Assembly (NCBI GenBank): GCA_042219045.1
Contig: JBDGQO010000003.1
Coordinates: 14,193 to 78,192, forward strand
Length of the DNA stretch: 64,000 nt
DNA from: Candidatus Bipolaricaulia bacterium
GTDB taxonomy: Bacteria; Bipolaricaulota; Bipolaricaulia; RBG-16-55-9
Reading direction: 5' to 3'
In this document: positions 37,742 through 47,486 of the stretch, in pieces
Layout of the letters: the number at the start of each line of letters is the position of its first letter
How positions within the stretch are numbered: position 1 is the first letter of the stretch
The notes under the pieces: model-generated
Seen by the model: the letters and a program-made list of their open reading frames with translations, nothing else
The model's database searches: none
What the model was told of the DNA's origin: nothing
Made by a program: the position numbers and the translations under genes

Positions 37742-39358
37742 TCACGCCGACGTGGCGTTGACGCGTACGCGGTCGTAGCCCGTCGAGCCGTCGGGATAGG
37801 AGGCGCTGCTATCGGCGGTCTGCGTTCGGCCCTCGCCGTCAATGACGCGCGCTCGCAACGTGTAAGCGCCGGTCTGGGACGGCTTCCAGACCACGGCCCA
37901 TCGTCGCCAACTGTAGGGGGCATCGTCCCGGGCTTCGACTTGGGCCTCGCGCCAGGTCTTGCCGTTGTCCGTGCTGACCTCAACGGCCGAGACACCGTGG
38001 ACGCCGGCGAATGCGACGCCGGCGATATACTGCGGCTCGCCGGCTTGGACTCGGGCATCGAGGTCGGGCGTTTCGATCTTGGCAAAGGGGTGGATGTCGC
38101 ACTCGTCGCTCCAGCCACGGTTTTGCCAGTAGCCTTGGTAGTCCTTCTCGGTTGCAACGATCCGGTCGAGGTGTTTGACGTTCTTGACCCCGTAATAGCC
38201 GGGAATGACCACGCGCAGCGGATAGCCGTGCTTCGGCGTCAATTCGCTGCCGTTCATCGCCCACGCGAGCATGATCTCTTCGTTGTTCATGATCAGGTCA
38301 ACTGGCAAGCTGTCGGAATAGCCGTCGGCGGCGTGTAGCTCGAGGTCCTTGGCGCCGTCCTGAACGCCGGCCTGCTCCAAAAGCGTCTTGAACGAAACAC
38401 CGGTCCAGCGCGCGTTGCTCATGAGGTCACGCGTGGCCGGCTTGGTGGCCTTGTAGTCGATGCAGACCAGCGTGACGTGTTGGTCAAATTGGGGCAACTG
38501 CTTGATGTCGTCCAACGACAGCTCCAAGGGCGAATCGACGAGCCCTTCGACCTTGAGCGGCTCCCACGTCTCCACGCCCGTGCGATACACCTGGATGTTC
38601 TTGGAGACGTAGTAGAAGTCCTCCTGCGGCGTCAGCCACGCCGACAGATCGGGGACCGCATCAAAGTCGATATCGCCGGATGTTGCCACTTCAGCTGCCT
38701 CAGTCGCCCCGCCCGAGGACGCTGTCGACGGATCGCTCCCCGCCGAGGACGGCCGAAGGTTGGCCCGAACCCAGGGCCATATCGCGGCGGCTCCGGCCAG
38801 CGTGCCCACACGCGCCAGCATTCGGCGCCGCGTCAACGCAGTCTGAGCGTGTGCTGAACCCTCTGTGGTGTCACTCCTCGCTTTCGCGCTTGCGCGGGTT
38901 GAGCCCGTGCTCAACCACCGTCGAATGCTTGGGGTCAGCAAGCCAAAGAGCAGTGCCGTCGTCAGACCACCGGCCAGGACGTTCGTGACGTCCATGAGTT
39001 GGACGGCTGACACGCTGAGGACAAACCCGGCGCTCGTAAGCGCCAGAGTCACCGCCACGATGCCGCCGAGCGCCCAACTTCCGGCGCGACGGAGCGCGAC
39101 GCCGATCAGACCGCCTGCAATGATCTGCGCAAGGATCGCCGCATAAAAACCGAGAACTTTAGCGTCGAATCCGAGCGTCCCGATCAGCTTTGCTTGTACG
39201 GGGCCGGGCACGATGGCGAAGACCCATTGGGCAAAGAGATCGGGCCAGAAGAACCAACCGGCCGTGTGGTAGGCCGTGTATCCGACGACGGTCGCAATCA
39301 GGGCCGCAAGGGCTCCGCTCCAGATTCCGGCGCTTCGGTGGGCACTGTCGTCTTCCAT
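37742..39358 (-). CDS. Membrane-anchored molybdopterin oxidoreductase (sulfite oxidase family)
   Basis: N-terminal TM helices, internal TRRRML; FYYVSKN, Mo-ligand VTLVC, SNARWTGV, ADGYSDSL, MNG..L..KHGYPLRVVIPGYYGVKNVK, C-terminal dimerisation domain. Confidence 0.92.
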   Translation of the reverse strand: MEDDSAHRSAGIWSGALAALIATVVGYTAYHTAGWFFWPDLFAQWVFAIVPGPVQAKLIGTLGFDAKVLGFYAAILAQIIAGGLIGVALRRAGSWALGGIVAVTLALTSAGFVLSVSAVQLMDVTNVLAGGLTTALLFGLLTPSIRRWLSTGSTRASAKARSDTTEGSAHAQTALTRRRMLARVGTLAGAAAIWPWVRANLRPSSAGSDPSTASSGGATEAAEVATSGDIDFDAVPDLSAWLTPQEDFYYVSKNIQVYRTGVETWEPLKVEGLVDSPLELSLDDIKQLPQFDQHVTLVCIDYKATKPATRDLMSNARWTGVSFKTLLEQAGVQDGAKDLELHAADGYSDSLPVDLIMNNEEIMLAWAMNGSELTPKHGYPLRVVIPGYYGVKNVKHLDRIVATEKDYQGYWQNRGWSDECDIHPFAKIETPDLDARVQAGEPQYIAGVAFAGVHGVSAVEVSTDNGKTWREAQVEARDDAPYSWRRWAVVWKPSQTGAYTLRARVIDGEGRTQTADSSASYPDGSTGYDRVRVNATSA

Positions 39359-39495
39359 GGGATCTAGGATAACGACTCGTGCGTCAAAAGCGAACCGTCG
39401 CTCGGTCAAAAGCGCGTCAAAATCCCCATCCATTACGGGACGTCACAGATGAGACGCTCGCTTGACACCTCGCGACATCGTGGAAAAGTTGACGA

Positions 39496-40266
39496 TTAGA
39501 TCTCGTAGTTGCTGAGGATCTTCTTTTCCTCGCCGCGGATGTCGACGCGGATCTCGAAGTGGTCCTTGATGCCTGAGGATTGGAGTTTGCGTTTGAGCAG
39601 GTTGTCGATCTGGAAAATGCCGGCAGAGTTGGACATGCGGATTTCGATGCAGACGGGATTGCTCTCGCCTTCGTGGACGCTTACCTTTTCGATCGCCTTC
39701 GCACTGACGGCATGGATCGTTGGCGATCCCTGTCGAAAGGGGATTCGAGCGCGACCTTCTTCCATGTCGAGCGCATCGGCGACCTTCAATACGCCCGCTT
39801 CGACCGTCAACGGGTCGATGTCGGTGCGATGGGCATAGATCGCGTGCAGGGTTTCAGACATAATGATGGCCTTTTCGCGGCCCTCATAGATTCCATCGAC
39901 GAGCTCTCGGACGAGCGGCGGCGCCAGGCTGACGGAGAAGTCCTCGTGGTTCTGGCGATGCACGACGTGACCAATGTCGTGCAGACAGGAGGCCAAGACG
40001 ACCACGCATTCGGCGTCTTCTGCGGTCAGCCCGTGATCCGCCACGATGCTCGGCGTCAACCCCTGATTCACCAGGATCCGGAACATCTTGAGCGCCATGT
40101 TGGTGACGACCTTGATGTGGATGGGGCCGTGGTCGTTGATGCCCATGCGGTTGATGGCGATGACGTTGGAGCACTGCCAATACGTGCGCAGCGTGTCGTG
40201 CTGTTCGACGCGCTCCACCAGCGTCTGCAGCTTCGCGTTATCTTGAGCGGGCACGTTCAACGCCAT
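39496..40266 (-). CDS. HD-domain phosphohydrolase (COG3294-like)
   Basis: GINDHGPIHI, CLHDIGH, AIYAH, VADALDMEEGRARIP, IHAVSA. Confidence 0.88.
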   Translation of the reverse strand: MALNVPAQDNAKLQTLVERVEQHDTLRTYWQCSNVIAINRMGINDHGPIHIKVVTNMALKMFRILVNQGLTPSIVADHGLTAEDAECVVVLASCLHDIGHVVHRQNHEDFSVSLAPPLVRELVDGIYEGREKAIIMSETLHAIYAHRTDIDPLTVEAGVLKVADALDMEEGRARIPFRQGSPTIHAVSAKAIEKVSVHEGESNPVCIEIRMSNSAGIFQIDNLLKRKLQSSGIKDHFEIRVDIRGEEKKILSNYEI

Positions 40267-40835
40267 GCGGGGCGATCCTCCTCGGCGGGCTCCTCGTCGT
40301 TGGCCGCGACCTGGTCGTTCTCGTGGATTGTTCGCAGCCGTTCGATCCCCTTGATCTCGTCAATCACGTCGGCGACCGGTCCCGGCACGTCCTCGCGCCA
40401 TTCGTCCCCTTCGATCATCAGGTCGCGGATCCGCGTGCCCCACAGGTGGCGACGGTCGATGTGGGGCATCTCTTTGACGGGGATATCGGCCTCTTCAAAG
40501 AGCCGGATGACGAGCGGGTTGTTGGAGTAGACGACGTCGAAGTCGGGGGTCAGTCGTTTGATGTGGGGGACGTAGAGCGAGTTCTGCTCAATGTCCTCAA
40601 TGGGCAGCACGTAACGGAAGACGGGGTCATCGCTCAGCATCTGCGTGATCATCAGAATGCGCTCGCCGGCGGTGAACGGATCGCGGATCGTGTGGCTGTA
40701 CTGGGCGGAGCCGATGGCGATGATCAGCTCGTCGACCTCGTCAGCAATGCGCCGCACGACTGCCTCGTGGCCGTTGTGATACGGCTGGAACCGTCCCAAA
40801 AAGAGCGCGCGCAGTCGGCCGTCAGGCAAGGCCAT
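40257..40835 (-). CDS. nadM: Nicotinamide-nucleotide adenylyltransferase (archaeal NadM type)
   Basis: FLGRFQPYHNGH, IGSAQYSH..DPFTAGER, YSNNPLV..LF, GTRIR. Confidence 0.92.
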   Translation of the reverse strand: MALPDGRLRALFLGRFQPYHNGHEAVVRRIADEVDELIIAIGSAQYSHTIRDPFTAGERILMITQMLSDDPVFRYVLPIEDIEQNSLYVPHIKRLTPDFDVVYSNNPLVIRLFEEADIPVKEMPHIDRRHLWGTRIRDLMIEGDEWREDVPGPVADVIDEIKGIERLRTIHENDQVAANDEEPAEEDRPAWR

Positions 40836-41061
40836 TCGCCACCTTGGCATGCACGTCCGCCACGGCCGGCGGCAACTCGCCGGGCTCAATCTCGCTCACG
40901 GGTTCGCCGTCGAGCGAGACGGTGAACACGCCGCGCGTGCCGGGCACAAGCGTCAGCCCTTCGATGCGCTCGGGGAAGTCGTTCAACAGCGCCTCGGTCA
41001 CCTCAAGCGCCCGCTCGAGGTACATGCACTCGACGCAATATTCGATCTGAACGTCGGCCAT
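40822..41061 (-). CDS. Rdx family (SelT/SelW/SelH-like) protein
   Basis: VQIEYCVEC, LVPGTRGVFTV; start MADVQ with AAGGGAG upstream. Confidence 0.88.
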   Translation of the reverse strand: MADVQIEYCVECMYLERALEVTEALLNDFPERIEGLTLVPGTRGVFTVSLDGEPVSEIEPGELPPAVADVHAKVANGLA

Positions 41062-41133
41062 GCCTGGCGTTTGGCTCCCTTCACTCCAAGAGAAAACTAT
41101 TGTACCGGACAGATCTACAACATCCAAGGAGGA

Positions 41134-42426
41134 TTACGGGGTTTGCGCCTTGAGCTGATCGATGGCGTCCTCAAGTGGGAGTAGTGTCTCCTCGCCAGCG
41201 TTCATGTCACGCAGCGTCACCTTGTTCTGTTCAAGCTCCTTGGGACCGACGATGACCACGTAGGGAATCCCGTACGCATTGGCAAACTTCAGGTTCTCAC
41301 TCACGCCCCGTCCCATGAGATCGACGTCGGCGTTCAATCCTGCTTGTCGGAGCCGTTGCGCGATCTCCAGCCCCTCTCGCTCGAGCGCGATCGGAACGAC
41401 ATAGACGTTGACGACGGTCTCGCGCTGCGAGGCTGACGCATCCCGTCGGTCTTTGATCAGTTCTGTGATTGGCTCCAGGCCGAACGAGATCCCCGAGGCC
41501 GGGTAGAGCTCGTCGCTTTCCAGGAAATCGCCGATCATCTTGTCCCAGCGGCCACCGGCAGCCACGGCGCCGTCAAAAGCGGGATCGTGGCTAAAGGCCT
41601 CAAAGATCGTGCCCGTGTAATACCCCAAGCCGCGCGCGAGCGACGGCGACAGTCGGACTCGGCCGTCGTCGGGCAGGAAGCTGAGGACGTCCGAGATTTC
41701 CCGGTGAGCCTCGCTGTCGGGAATCGTCGCCTCAAGCGTCTCCAAGATCTCGACGTTTGTGCCGCTTGCGTCCATGGCATCGAGCCAGCGATCGGCCTGC
41801 TCGGCGGACAGTCCCTTGTCGGTCAGGTCCTTTTGGACGCCATCCCGCCCGACTTTTTCCAGTTTGTCGATGGACAGAATGCCTGTGTCGGTCAGCTCCT
41901 CCGGCACATCGACCGCGCGTGCCAAATCTTTCAAGAGTTCGCGATGGTTGACCCGGACCTCGACCTCGAACCCGAGCGCATCGAACACGTCGAGCGCGAT
42001 CCAGATGAGCTCGGCGTCGGCCATGGCCGAGTGGACGCCGACCGTGTCGACGTCGCATTGGTAGAATTCCCGATAGCGACCCTGTTTGATCGGGCCGTCG
42101 CGATAGACGGGCCCGACATGGTAGCGCTTGAATGGCCGCTTGATGTCCGGATTCATGCCGATGAACCGAGCCAGTGGGGTCGTCAGGTCGTAGCGCAGTC
42201 CCAGCTCGCGTCCGCCTTGGTCGCTCAGCTTGTACGTCTCCTTCAAGATCTCCTCGCCGCCAGCGTACTTCGCAGCCAGGACTTCCCAGCGCTCCAGGAG
42301 AGGCGTCTCCAGCGGATTGAAGCCGTAACGCTCGAAGATTGCAACCATCGTCTGCATAATCTCGTCGCGCAGAATGGCCTCACTGGGTGGAAAGTCGCGG
42401 GTGCCCCGCGGGAGTTGCAGTTCCAT
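41134..42426 (-). CDS. hisS: Histidine--tRNA ligase
   Basis: PRGTRDF, LRYDLT, GRYREFYQCDVD, LARGLGYYTG, GGRWD, C-terminal anticodon-binding domain. Confidence 0.97.
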   Translation of the reverse strand: MELQLPRGTRDFPPSEAILRDEIMQTMVAIFERYGFNPLETPLLERWEVLAAKYAGGEEILKETYKLSDQGGRELGLRYDLTTPLARFIGMNPDIKRPFKRYHVGPVYRDGPIKQGRYREFYQCDVDTVGVHSAMADAELIWIALDVFDALGFEVEVRVNHRELLKDLARAVDVPEELTDTGILSIDKLEKVGRDGVQKDLTDKGLSAEQADRWLDAMDASGTNVEILETLEATIPDSEAHREISDVLSFLPDDGRVRLSPSLARGLGYYTGTIFEAFSHDPAFDGAVAAGGRWDKMIGDFLESDELYPASGISFGLEPITELIKDRRDASASQRETVVNVYVVPIALEREGLEIAQRLRQAGLNADVDLMGRGVSENLKFANAYGIPYVVIVGPKELEQNKVTLRDMNAGEETLLPLEDAIDQLKAQTP

Positions 42427-42434
42427 AGTAAGCT

Positions 42435-42463
42435 AGGATAGACGGCGTTTGTCGGCAATGCAA
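42435..42463 (-). promoter_or_regulatory. Promoter of hisS (probably leaderless)
   Basis: Minus strand TTGCAT, 17 bp spacer, TATCCT, 8 nt before the ATG; no SD. Confidence 0.6.
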
Positions 42464-42468
42464 CCGTC

Positions 42469-42497
42469 TTGACAGGGGATGGCAACGGTTCTAGCAT
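42469..42497 (+). promoter_or_regulatory. Sigma-70-type promoter of the NHL-repeat gene
   Basis: TTGACA, 17 bp spacer, TAGCAT. Confidence 0.6.
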
Positions 42498-42529
42498 GCG
42501 TCGCGAAACCGCTCAACTTGGAGGGCATC

Positions 42530-43597
42530 ATGCGCGCGTTCGCCTGGCTCGGCCTGACCGGACTCGTTTTGTTGCTCATCGCCGCTCCTCTGCCGCTGTC
42601 AGCTCAGGACGATGCTCCGACCCCGCCTGCGTTCGAGAAGCCGGAACTATTGGACGTTTGGGGATCGGTCGGCGACAAAGCCGGTCACTTTCAGAGTCCC
42701 TGGGGCATCGACATTGGCCCCAGCGGACAAATCTTCATTAGCGACCACAAGAACCAGCGCGTTCAGGTCTTCACCAACGAGGGCGAGTTTGTCAGGCTGT
42801 TTGGCCAGCCCGGCTGGCTCCAACCGGGCCAGCTCCGCGGACCCGTTGGGCTCAGCGTCGGTCCCGCCGGGAACGTTTACGTGGCGGACTCATGGAACAA
42901 CCGGATCCAGGTCTTTACCCGGGAGGGCGAGTTTCTGCGTGCTTGGACCGGCCCCAACGCCGGCTCCTCCAGCGAGGGCCCTCGCATGACGCCTTGGGGC
43001 ATTGCCGTCGGTCCCGACGGCCACGTCTTCGTATCAGACCTCAAGGCCCATCTGATCTATAAGTTCACCAGTAAGGGTGAGTTGGTCACCACTTGGGGCG
43101 GTCGTGGCACAGCCAAGGGGCGATTCACGCACCCGACCGGCATGGAAGTCTCGCCAGACAATCGACTCTACGTCGTGGATTCGCTCAACCACCGCGTCCA
43201 GGTCTTCGATCTCGACGGAAACTTCCAGTTCGCCTGGGGCGATCAGTGCAGTCTCTATCTCCATCCCGATCGGGGCTGTGAGGACCCCGATGGCGAGGGC
43301 CCGCTCGGCAAGACCGACGGGCAGTTCGACTCGCCATGGGGCGTGACATTTGGCCCTCAAGGGCGTGTCTACGTGGCAGACTCGGCCAACAAGCGGATCC
43401 AGGTGTTTACGCCCGAGGGCGAGTTCTTGGGAAAGTGGGGCGAGTTCGGCCGTGAGCCCGGACAGTTCGACAATAGCGTCGACGTCGTCGTCAACGACGC
43501 GGGCCAGATTTACGTCGTCGACCTCAACAACCAGCGGATCCAAATGTTCTCTGCCATTGGGCCGGTTGCCGATGATGACGCGTCATCGGGCAATTAA
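42530..43597 (+). CDS. Exported NHL-repeat six-bladed beta-propeller protein
   Basis: Start MRAFAW (GGAGGG SD), signal peptide; six repeats of G.F..P.G...G..YV.D..N.RIQVF. Confidence 0.9.
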   Translation: MRAFAWLGLTGLVLLLIAAPLPLSAQDDAPTPPAFEKPELLDVWGSVGDKAGHFQSPWGIDIGPSGQIFISDHKNQRVQVFTNEGEFVRLFGQPGWLQPGQLRGPVGLSVGPAGNVYVADSWNNRIQVFTREGEFLRAWTGPNAGSSSEGPRMTPWGIAVGPDGHVFVSDLKAHLIYKFTSKGELVTTWGGRGTAKGRFTHPTGMEVSPDNRLYVVDSLNHRVQVFDLDGNFQFAWGDQCSLYLHPDRGCEDPDGEGPLGKTDGQFDSPWGVTFGPQGRVYVADSANKRIQVFTPEGEFLGKWGEFGREPGQFDNSVDVVVNDAGQIYVVDLNNQRIQMFSAIGPVADDDASSGN

Positions 43598-43789
43598 ATC
43601 CGATATGGGACGAACAAGCGGGTAGCAGCTATGGGGTGACCCATGGCTTCCATAGGCAGCCGGTCGCCGTTGCCTTCCGACGGCGAGGCTGCGCCCTGTT
43701 GGCGGCGTATGGTGGCGGCGGATGAGGTGAGCTTGCGGTGGCTCAGCGTCGGCATCCAAACATGGATGGTTGGTTCGTGGTGAAGGCCT

Positions 43790-44044
43790 TCAGCTGGTGG
43801 CCTCAGCTGCGTTGATCTTCTCCTTGACGTAGGCCAGCGCCTCGCCCACGGTCTGAAGGTTTTCCGCGTCTTCGTCGGGTATCTCGATCCCGAACTCGTC
43901 CTCAATCTCCATGATCATTTCCACGGTGTCAAGCGAGTCGGCGCCGAGCGTCTCCACAAACGAAGCGTCCTCGGTGATCTCGGACTCCTCAACCATGAGC
44001 TGTTCAGTGATGATTTTCTTCAATCGGTTCTCGATATCGGCCAT
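43790..44044 (-). CDS. acpP: Acyl carrier protein
   Basis: [30 protein letters not shown]. Confidence 0.97.
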   Translation of the reverse strand: MADIENRLKKIITEQLMVEESEITEDASFVETLGADSLDTVEMIMEIEDEFGIEIPDEDAENLQTVGEALAYVKEKINAAEATS

Positions 44045-44126
44045 GATGGCCACCTCCCTATCGGGTGTTTGCCACACGATGATGCGAAACCCTAACGCAT
44101 CTGCCTCGCCTCGACAACCCTATATC

Positions 44127-44864
44127 TCACCGCATCATCAGACCACCGTCCACATTGAAGACCTGACCTGTCACGTAGGACGCCCGATCGGAGAGGAGAA
44201 ACTCGACCAGCGGGGCGACCTCCTCGGGTCGGCCGAAGCGGGACAGGGGGATGTGTTCCAAGTAGCTGGCCTTGAGCTCCTCGCCGAGCTCGACAGTCAG
44301 GCCGGCGTCGATGAAGCCCGGAGCTACGGCGTTGACCCGGATCCCACGTGATGCCAGTTCGCGTGCTAGGCTGCGCGTGAGGCCGTCGAGACCCGCCTTA
44401 GCTGTGGCGTAGTTTGCCTGGCCGGGCACACCCAGTTGGCCGGAGATGGAACTCACGTTGACGATCGCCCCTGACCGCGACTTGAGCATGTGCCGCGCGA
44501 CGGCTTTGGAGCAGTAGAAGGCCCCTCGGAGGTTGGTATCGAGGACGGTATCCCATTCGTCCTCTCCCATGCGGACGAAGAGATTGTCGCGGAGCGCGCC
44601 GGCGTTGTTGATCAAATAGTCAATGCGACTCTGCTGTTGGGCAATCGTTTTGACGACCGACTTGACGTCGTCCGCTCGGGTCACGTCCGCTTGGAAGAAC
44701 TGCGCCTGTTCGCCGAGGGCTTCCACGGCCGCTTGTCCTTGCGATTCGTTCCGCCCAATGAGCGCAACCCGGGCGCCACCGTGGATCAACTCACGCGCAA
44801 TTGCCTGCCCAATAGCTCCGGTTCCGCCGGTGATGACGGCGACTCGGTCGGCATGAGTTGTCAT
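44127..44864 (-). CDS. fabG: 3-oxoacyl-ACP reductase
   Basis: [30 protein letters not shown]; fab operon context. Confidence 0.93.
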   Translation of the reverse strand: MTTHADRVAVITGGTGAIGQAIARELIHGGARVALIGRNESQGQAAVEALGEQAQFFQADVTRADDVKSVVKTIAQQQSRIDYLINNAGALRDNLFVRMGEDEWDTVLDTNLRGAFYCSKAVARHMLKSRSGAIVNVSSISGQLGVPGQANYATAKAGLDGLTRSLARELASRGIRVNAVAPGFIDAGLTVELGEELKASYLEHIPLSRFGRPEEVAPLVEFLLSDRASYVTGQVFNVDGGLMMR

Positions 44865-44907
44865 GACAGCCCTCTTTGTAGCAGGTCGCCCGCGGCTCGA
44901 CAACGCC

Positions 44908-45807
44908 TCAGGCGGACGACTCGCCGAAGGCGTCGTTGAAGGTCAACGCCTCCATGTTCTTGTCGACGCGGCGAATCAACCGCGTGAGCACCTGGCCGTG
45001 GCCGACCTCGACCCATCGGGTGACCCCTTGGGCTTTGAGCGTCTCCACGTCGTCCATCCAGCGGACTTGTGCGGTGATCTGCTCGGTCAAGAGCGCCTGG
45101 AGCCGCTCGGGATCGCTCTCCGGTTGGCCGCTCACGGTTGATACGACGGGAAACGACGGTTGACGGAACTCCACACTTTCAATCTCCGGTTTCAGCCCGT
45201 CTTCCGCGGGTTGCATCAGCGAGGAGTGGAACGGGGCTGACACGTCCAGTTGGATCGCCCGTGCGCGCTGCTCAACAGCCAACTCCTTCGCCTGCATCAC
45301 CGCGTCGTGGCGTCCGGAAATCGCAATCTGACCCGGCCCGTTGACGTTGGCGATCTCGGCGCCGGTCTGCTCGCAGATCGCCTCGACGCGGTCGCGGTCC
45401 AGCTTCATGATCGCCACCATCGCCCCTTCACCGACGGGCACGGCCTCTTGCATGAGCTGCCCGCGTTTATGCACCAGCTGCAGCGCGTCCTCCAGCGCCA
45501 ACACGCCGGCGCAGACGAGCGCGGAGTATTCGCCGAGGCTGTGCCCTGCTCCCACGTCGGGCCGCATCCGATCCTTGAGCAGATCGTGCTTCACGACGCT
45601 GTCGAGCAGAATGGCCGGCTGCGCGTTCTGCGTCAGCGTCAGTTGCGCCTCCGGTCCCTCGAACATGAGCTCCTGGATGTCGAAGCCGAGCGCCTCGTTC
45701 GCTCGTCTGTATAGGGGCTCGACACGGGGCCGGAACCGATCAAAGAGCTCGCGACCCATGCCGACGTCCTGTGAGCCTTGGCCCGGATACACAAATGCAA
45801 GGTCCAT
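44908..45807 (-). CDS. fabD: Malonyl-CoA:ACP transacylase
   Basis: PGQGSQ, AQPAI, GHSLGEY, VSAPFHS; GGAGGAG SD. Confidence 0.96.
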   Translation of the reverse strand: MDLAFVYPGQGSQDVGMGRELFDRFRPRVEPLYRRANEALGFDIQELMFEGPEAQLTLTQNAQPAILLDSVVKHDLLKDRMRPDVGAGHSLGEYSALVCAGVLALEDALQLVHKRGQLMQEAVPVGEGAMVAIMKLDRDRVEAICEQTGAEIANVNGPGQIAISGRHDAVMQAKELAVEQRARAIQLDVSAPFHSSLMQPAEDGLKPEIESVEFRQPSFPVVSTVSGQPESDPERLQALLTEQITAQVRWMDDVETLKAQGVTRWVEVGHGQVLTRLIRRVDKNMEALTFNDAFGESSA

Positions 45808-45887
45808 TGAATGCTCCTCCAATCCATTAAGGATTGCCGCATCAACGACGGGCTAGTCGGTCGTTGATCATCGTCGAGGCAATGATA

Positions 45888-46376
45888 TCACGTGCTTGAT
45901 TGCATCTGGATCCACTCGGTCACTTGGGCCAAATGGTAATGGTCGTGCCCCAGCGCGGTCACCGCGAGGTCGGCGACGGTGAAGGGGCCCCGAACCTCGT
46001 GGTGCCCGACGCGCTGCCAGTCGTCGAGTGCAAGGTCCTGGAGTCGGTCGACCAACGCGGCGCGTTGTGACTTGAACTGCTGCAGCGACGTTGCCGGATC
46101 CGCGCTCGCGTAGTCATGCTCGCGCGCCCGTTGCCCGGGATCGTGATCCGGAATTGCGGCGTTGCCGGTGTCGCCGGCAAGCATGACGTCCAAGCGCTGT
46201 TGCCAAACCCCATCCCAGTCAGCCACGTGGGCGCAGACCTCGCGGATTGTGAAGCGGCCGGGAACGGGCCGACGATCCCAGATGGACGGGTCCGCGTCGT
46301 TCATCAAGTGCTCGAGCACTTGAGGCGACGCTCGCAGGCCGTCGAGCAGGTAGCGGCGAGTGAACTCGTTGAGCAT
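45888..46376 (-). CDS. DinB/YfiT-like family protein
   Basis: FTIREVCAHVAD and GHDHYHLAQ His triad; GAGGAGGGAG SD. Confidence 0.85.
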   Translation of the reverse strand: MLNEFTRRYLLDGLRASPQVLEHLMNDADPSIWDRRPVPGRFTIREVCAHVADWDGVWQQRLDVMLAGDTGNAAIPDHDPGQRAREHDYASADPATSLQQFKSQRAALVDRLQDLALDDWQRVGHHEVRGPFTVADLAVTALGHDHYHLAQVTEWIQMQSST

Positions 46377-46493
46377 CGCTCCCTCCTCTTGGGTTGGTCC
46401 GAGATGACCCATGTTGGGGTCCGACTGGGCATCCGGGCAACAGAGGGCCCCGTCAATGGTGAGGTTGCTGAGTCCAGAGGGAGGTTGACCGCG

Positions 46494-47486
46494 TTACCAG
46501 CGCAGCACGAGGGCCCCGTACGTCACGCCCGCCCCGAACGCGTTCAGGACCACGACGTCGTCCTCCCGGATGCGTCCGTCTTGAGTGGCCTCATCTAGGG
46601 CGATCGGAATGGAAGCGGTCGAGGTGTTGCCGTAGCGATCGACGTTGACGATGACGCTGTCGATGGGGATCTCATAGCGTTCAGCGAAGGCTTTCAGAAT
46701 GCGATAGTTGGCCTGGTGGGGCACGACCCAGTCGACGTCGTCGCGGCAGAGCCCGGCGTCTTCGAGGGCTTGATGGGTCGTTTCGGCCATCATGGTGACG
46801 GCGCTTTTGAAGACGCCGCCGCCCTCCATCTTCAGATAATGCTGGCTCTCCCCGAGGCTCTTGGAGGTGGCGGGAATCTTGATGCCGCCGCCGGGCATGT
46901 GGAGGAGGTTCCACTTGGAGCTATCGGCCGCCAGACTGGACGCCAGAATGCCGCGCCCCTCCGGCATGGCCTGAACGACGGCCGCGCCGCAGCCGTCCCC
47001 GAACAGCACGCACGTCGAGCGATCCTCCCAGTCCGTGAAGCGCGAGAGCGCCTCGTGGCCAATGACGAGGACGTTGTCATGTCGTCCGGAGTTGACGAGG
47101 TCGTGCGCGATCGTGGTGCCGTAGACGAAACCCGTGCAGCCGGCGATCATGTCGAAGAACGGCACGTCCCTGCGAATGCCAAGTCCCTCGCAAATGAAGG
47201 GAGACGTTCCTGGGATCGGCATTTCGGGAAGATTGGTCGCGGTAATGACGAAGTCGACGTCGTTCGGCGCCAATTCGGCCTCGTCGATCGCCTGTTGCGC
47301 AGCTTGGATGCCGATGTCGATGGGATCCTCGTTCTTGTCGAGAATGTGGCGTTCTTGGATCCCCGTGCGCGAGGTGATCCATTCGTCCGACGTTTCGACC
47401 ATCTGTTCCAGGTCTTGGTTTGTCAGGACGTGCTCGGGCACAGCGGAGCCGATGCCGGCAATACCGGGTCGATGGGCTTCGTTCAT
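46494..47486 (-). CDS. fabH: Beta-ketoacyl-ACP synthase III
   Basis: TSDEWITSRTGI, AGCTGF (Cys), PHQAN (His), YGNTSTAS (Asn). Confidence 0.97.
   Translation of the reverse strand: MNEAHRPGIAGIGSAVPEHVLTNQDLEQMVETSDEWITSRTGIQERHILDKNEDPIDIGIQAAQQAIDEAELAPNDVDFVITATNLPEMPIPGTSPFICEGLGIRRDVPFFDMIAGCTGFVYGTTIAHDLVNSGRHDNVLVIGHEALSRFTDWEDRSTCVLFGDGCGAAVVQAMPEGRGILASSLAADSSKWNLLHMPGGGIKIPATSKSLGESQHYLKMEGGGVFKSAVTMMAETTHQALEDAGLCRDDVDWVVPHQANYRILKAFAERYEIPIDSVIVNVDRYGNTSTASIPIALDEATQDGRIREDDVVVLNAFGAGVTYGALVLRW

Noticed and set aside
40822..41061. Selenocysteine recoding in the Rdx protein (also considered for DUF3179 and the glutaredoxin)
   Set aside because: All redox motifs are encoded as Cys-x-x-Cys with no in-frame TGA
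42600..43560. Periodic DNA similarity suggesting a repeat array or CRISPR
   Set aside because: Explained by protein-level NHL repeats; no identical repeats with unique spacers and no cas genes in the window
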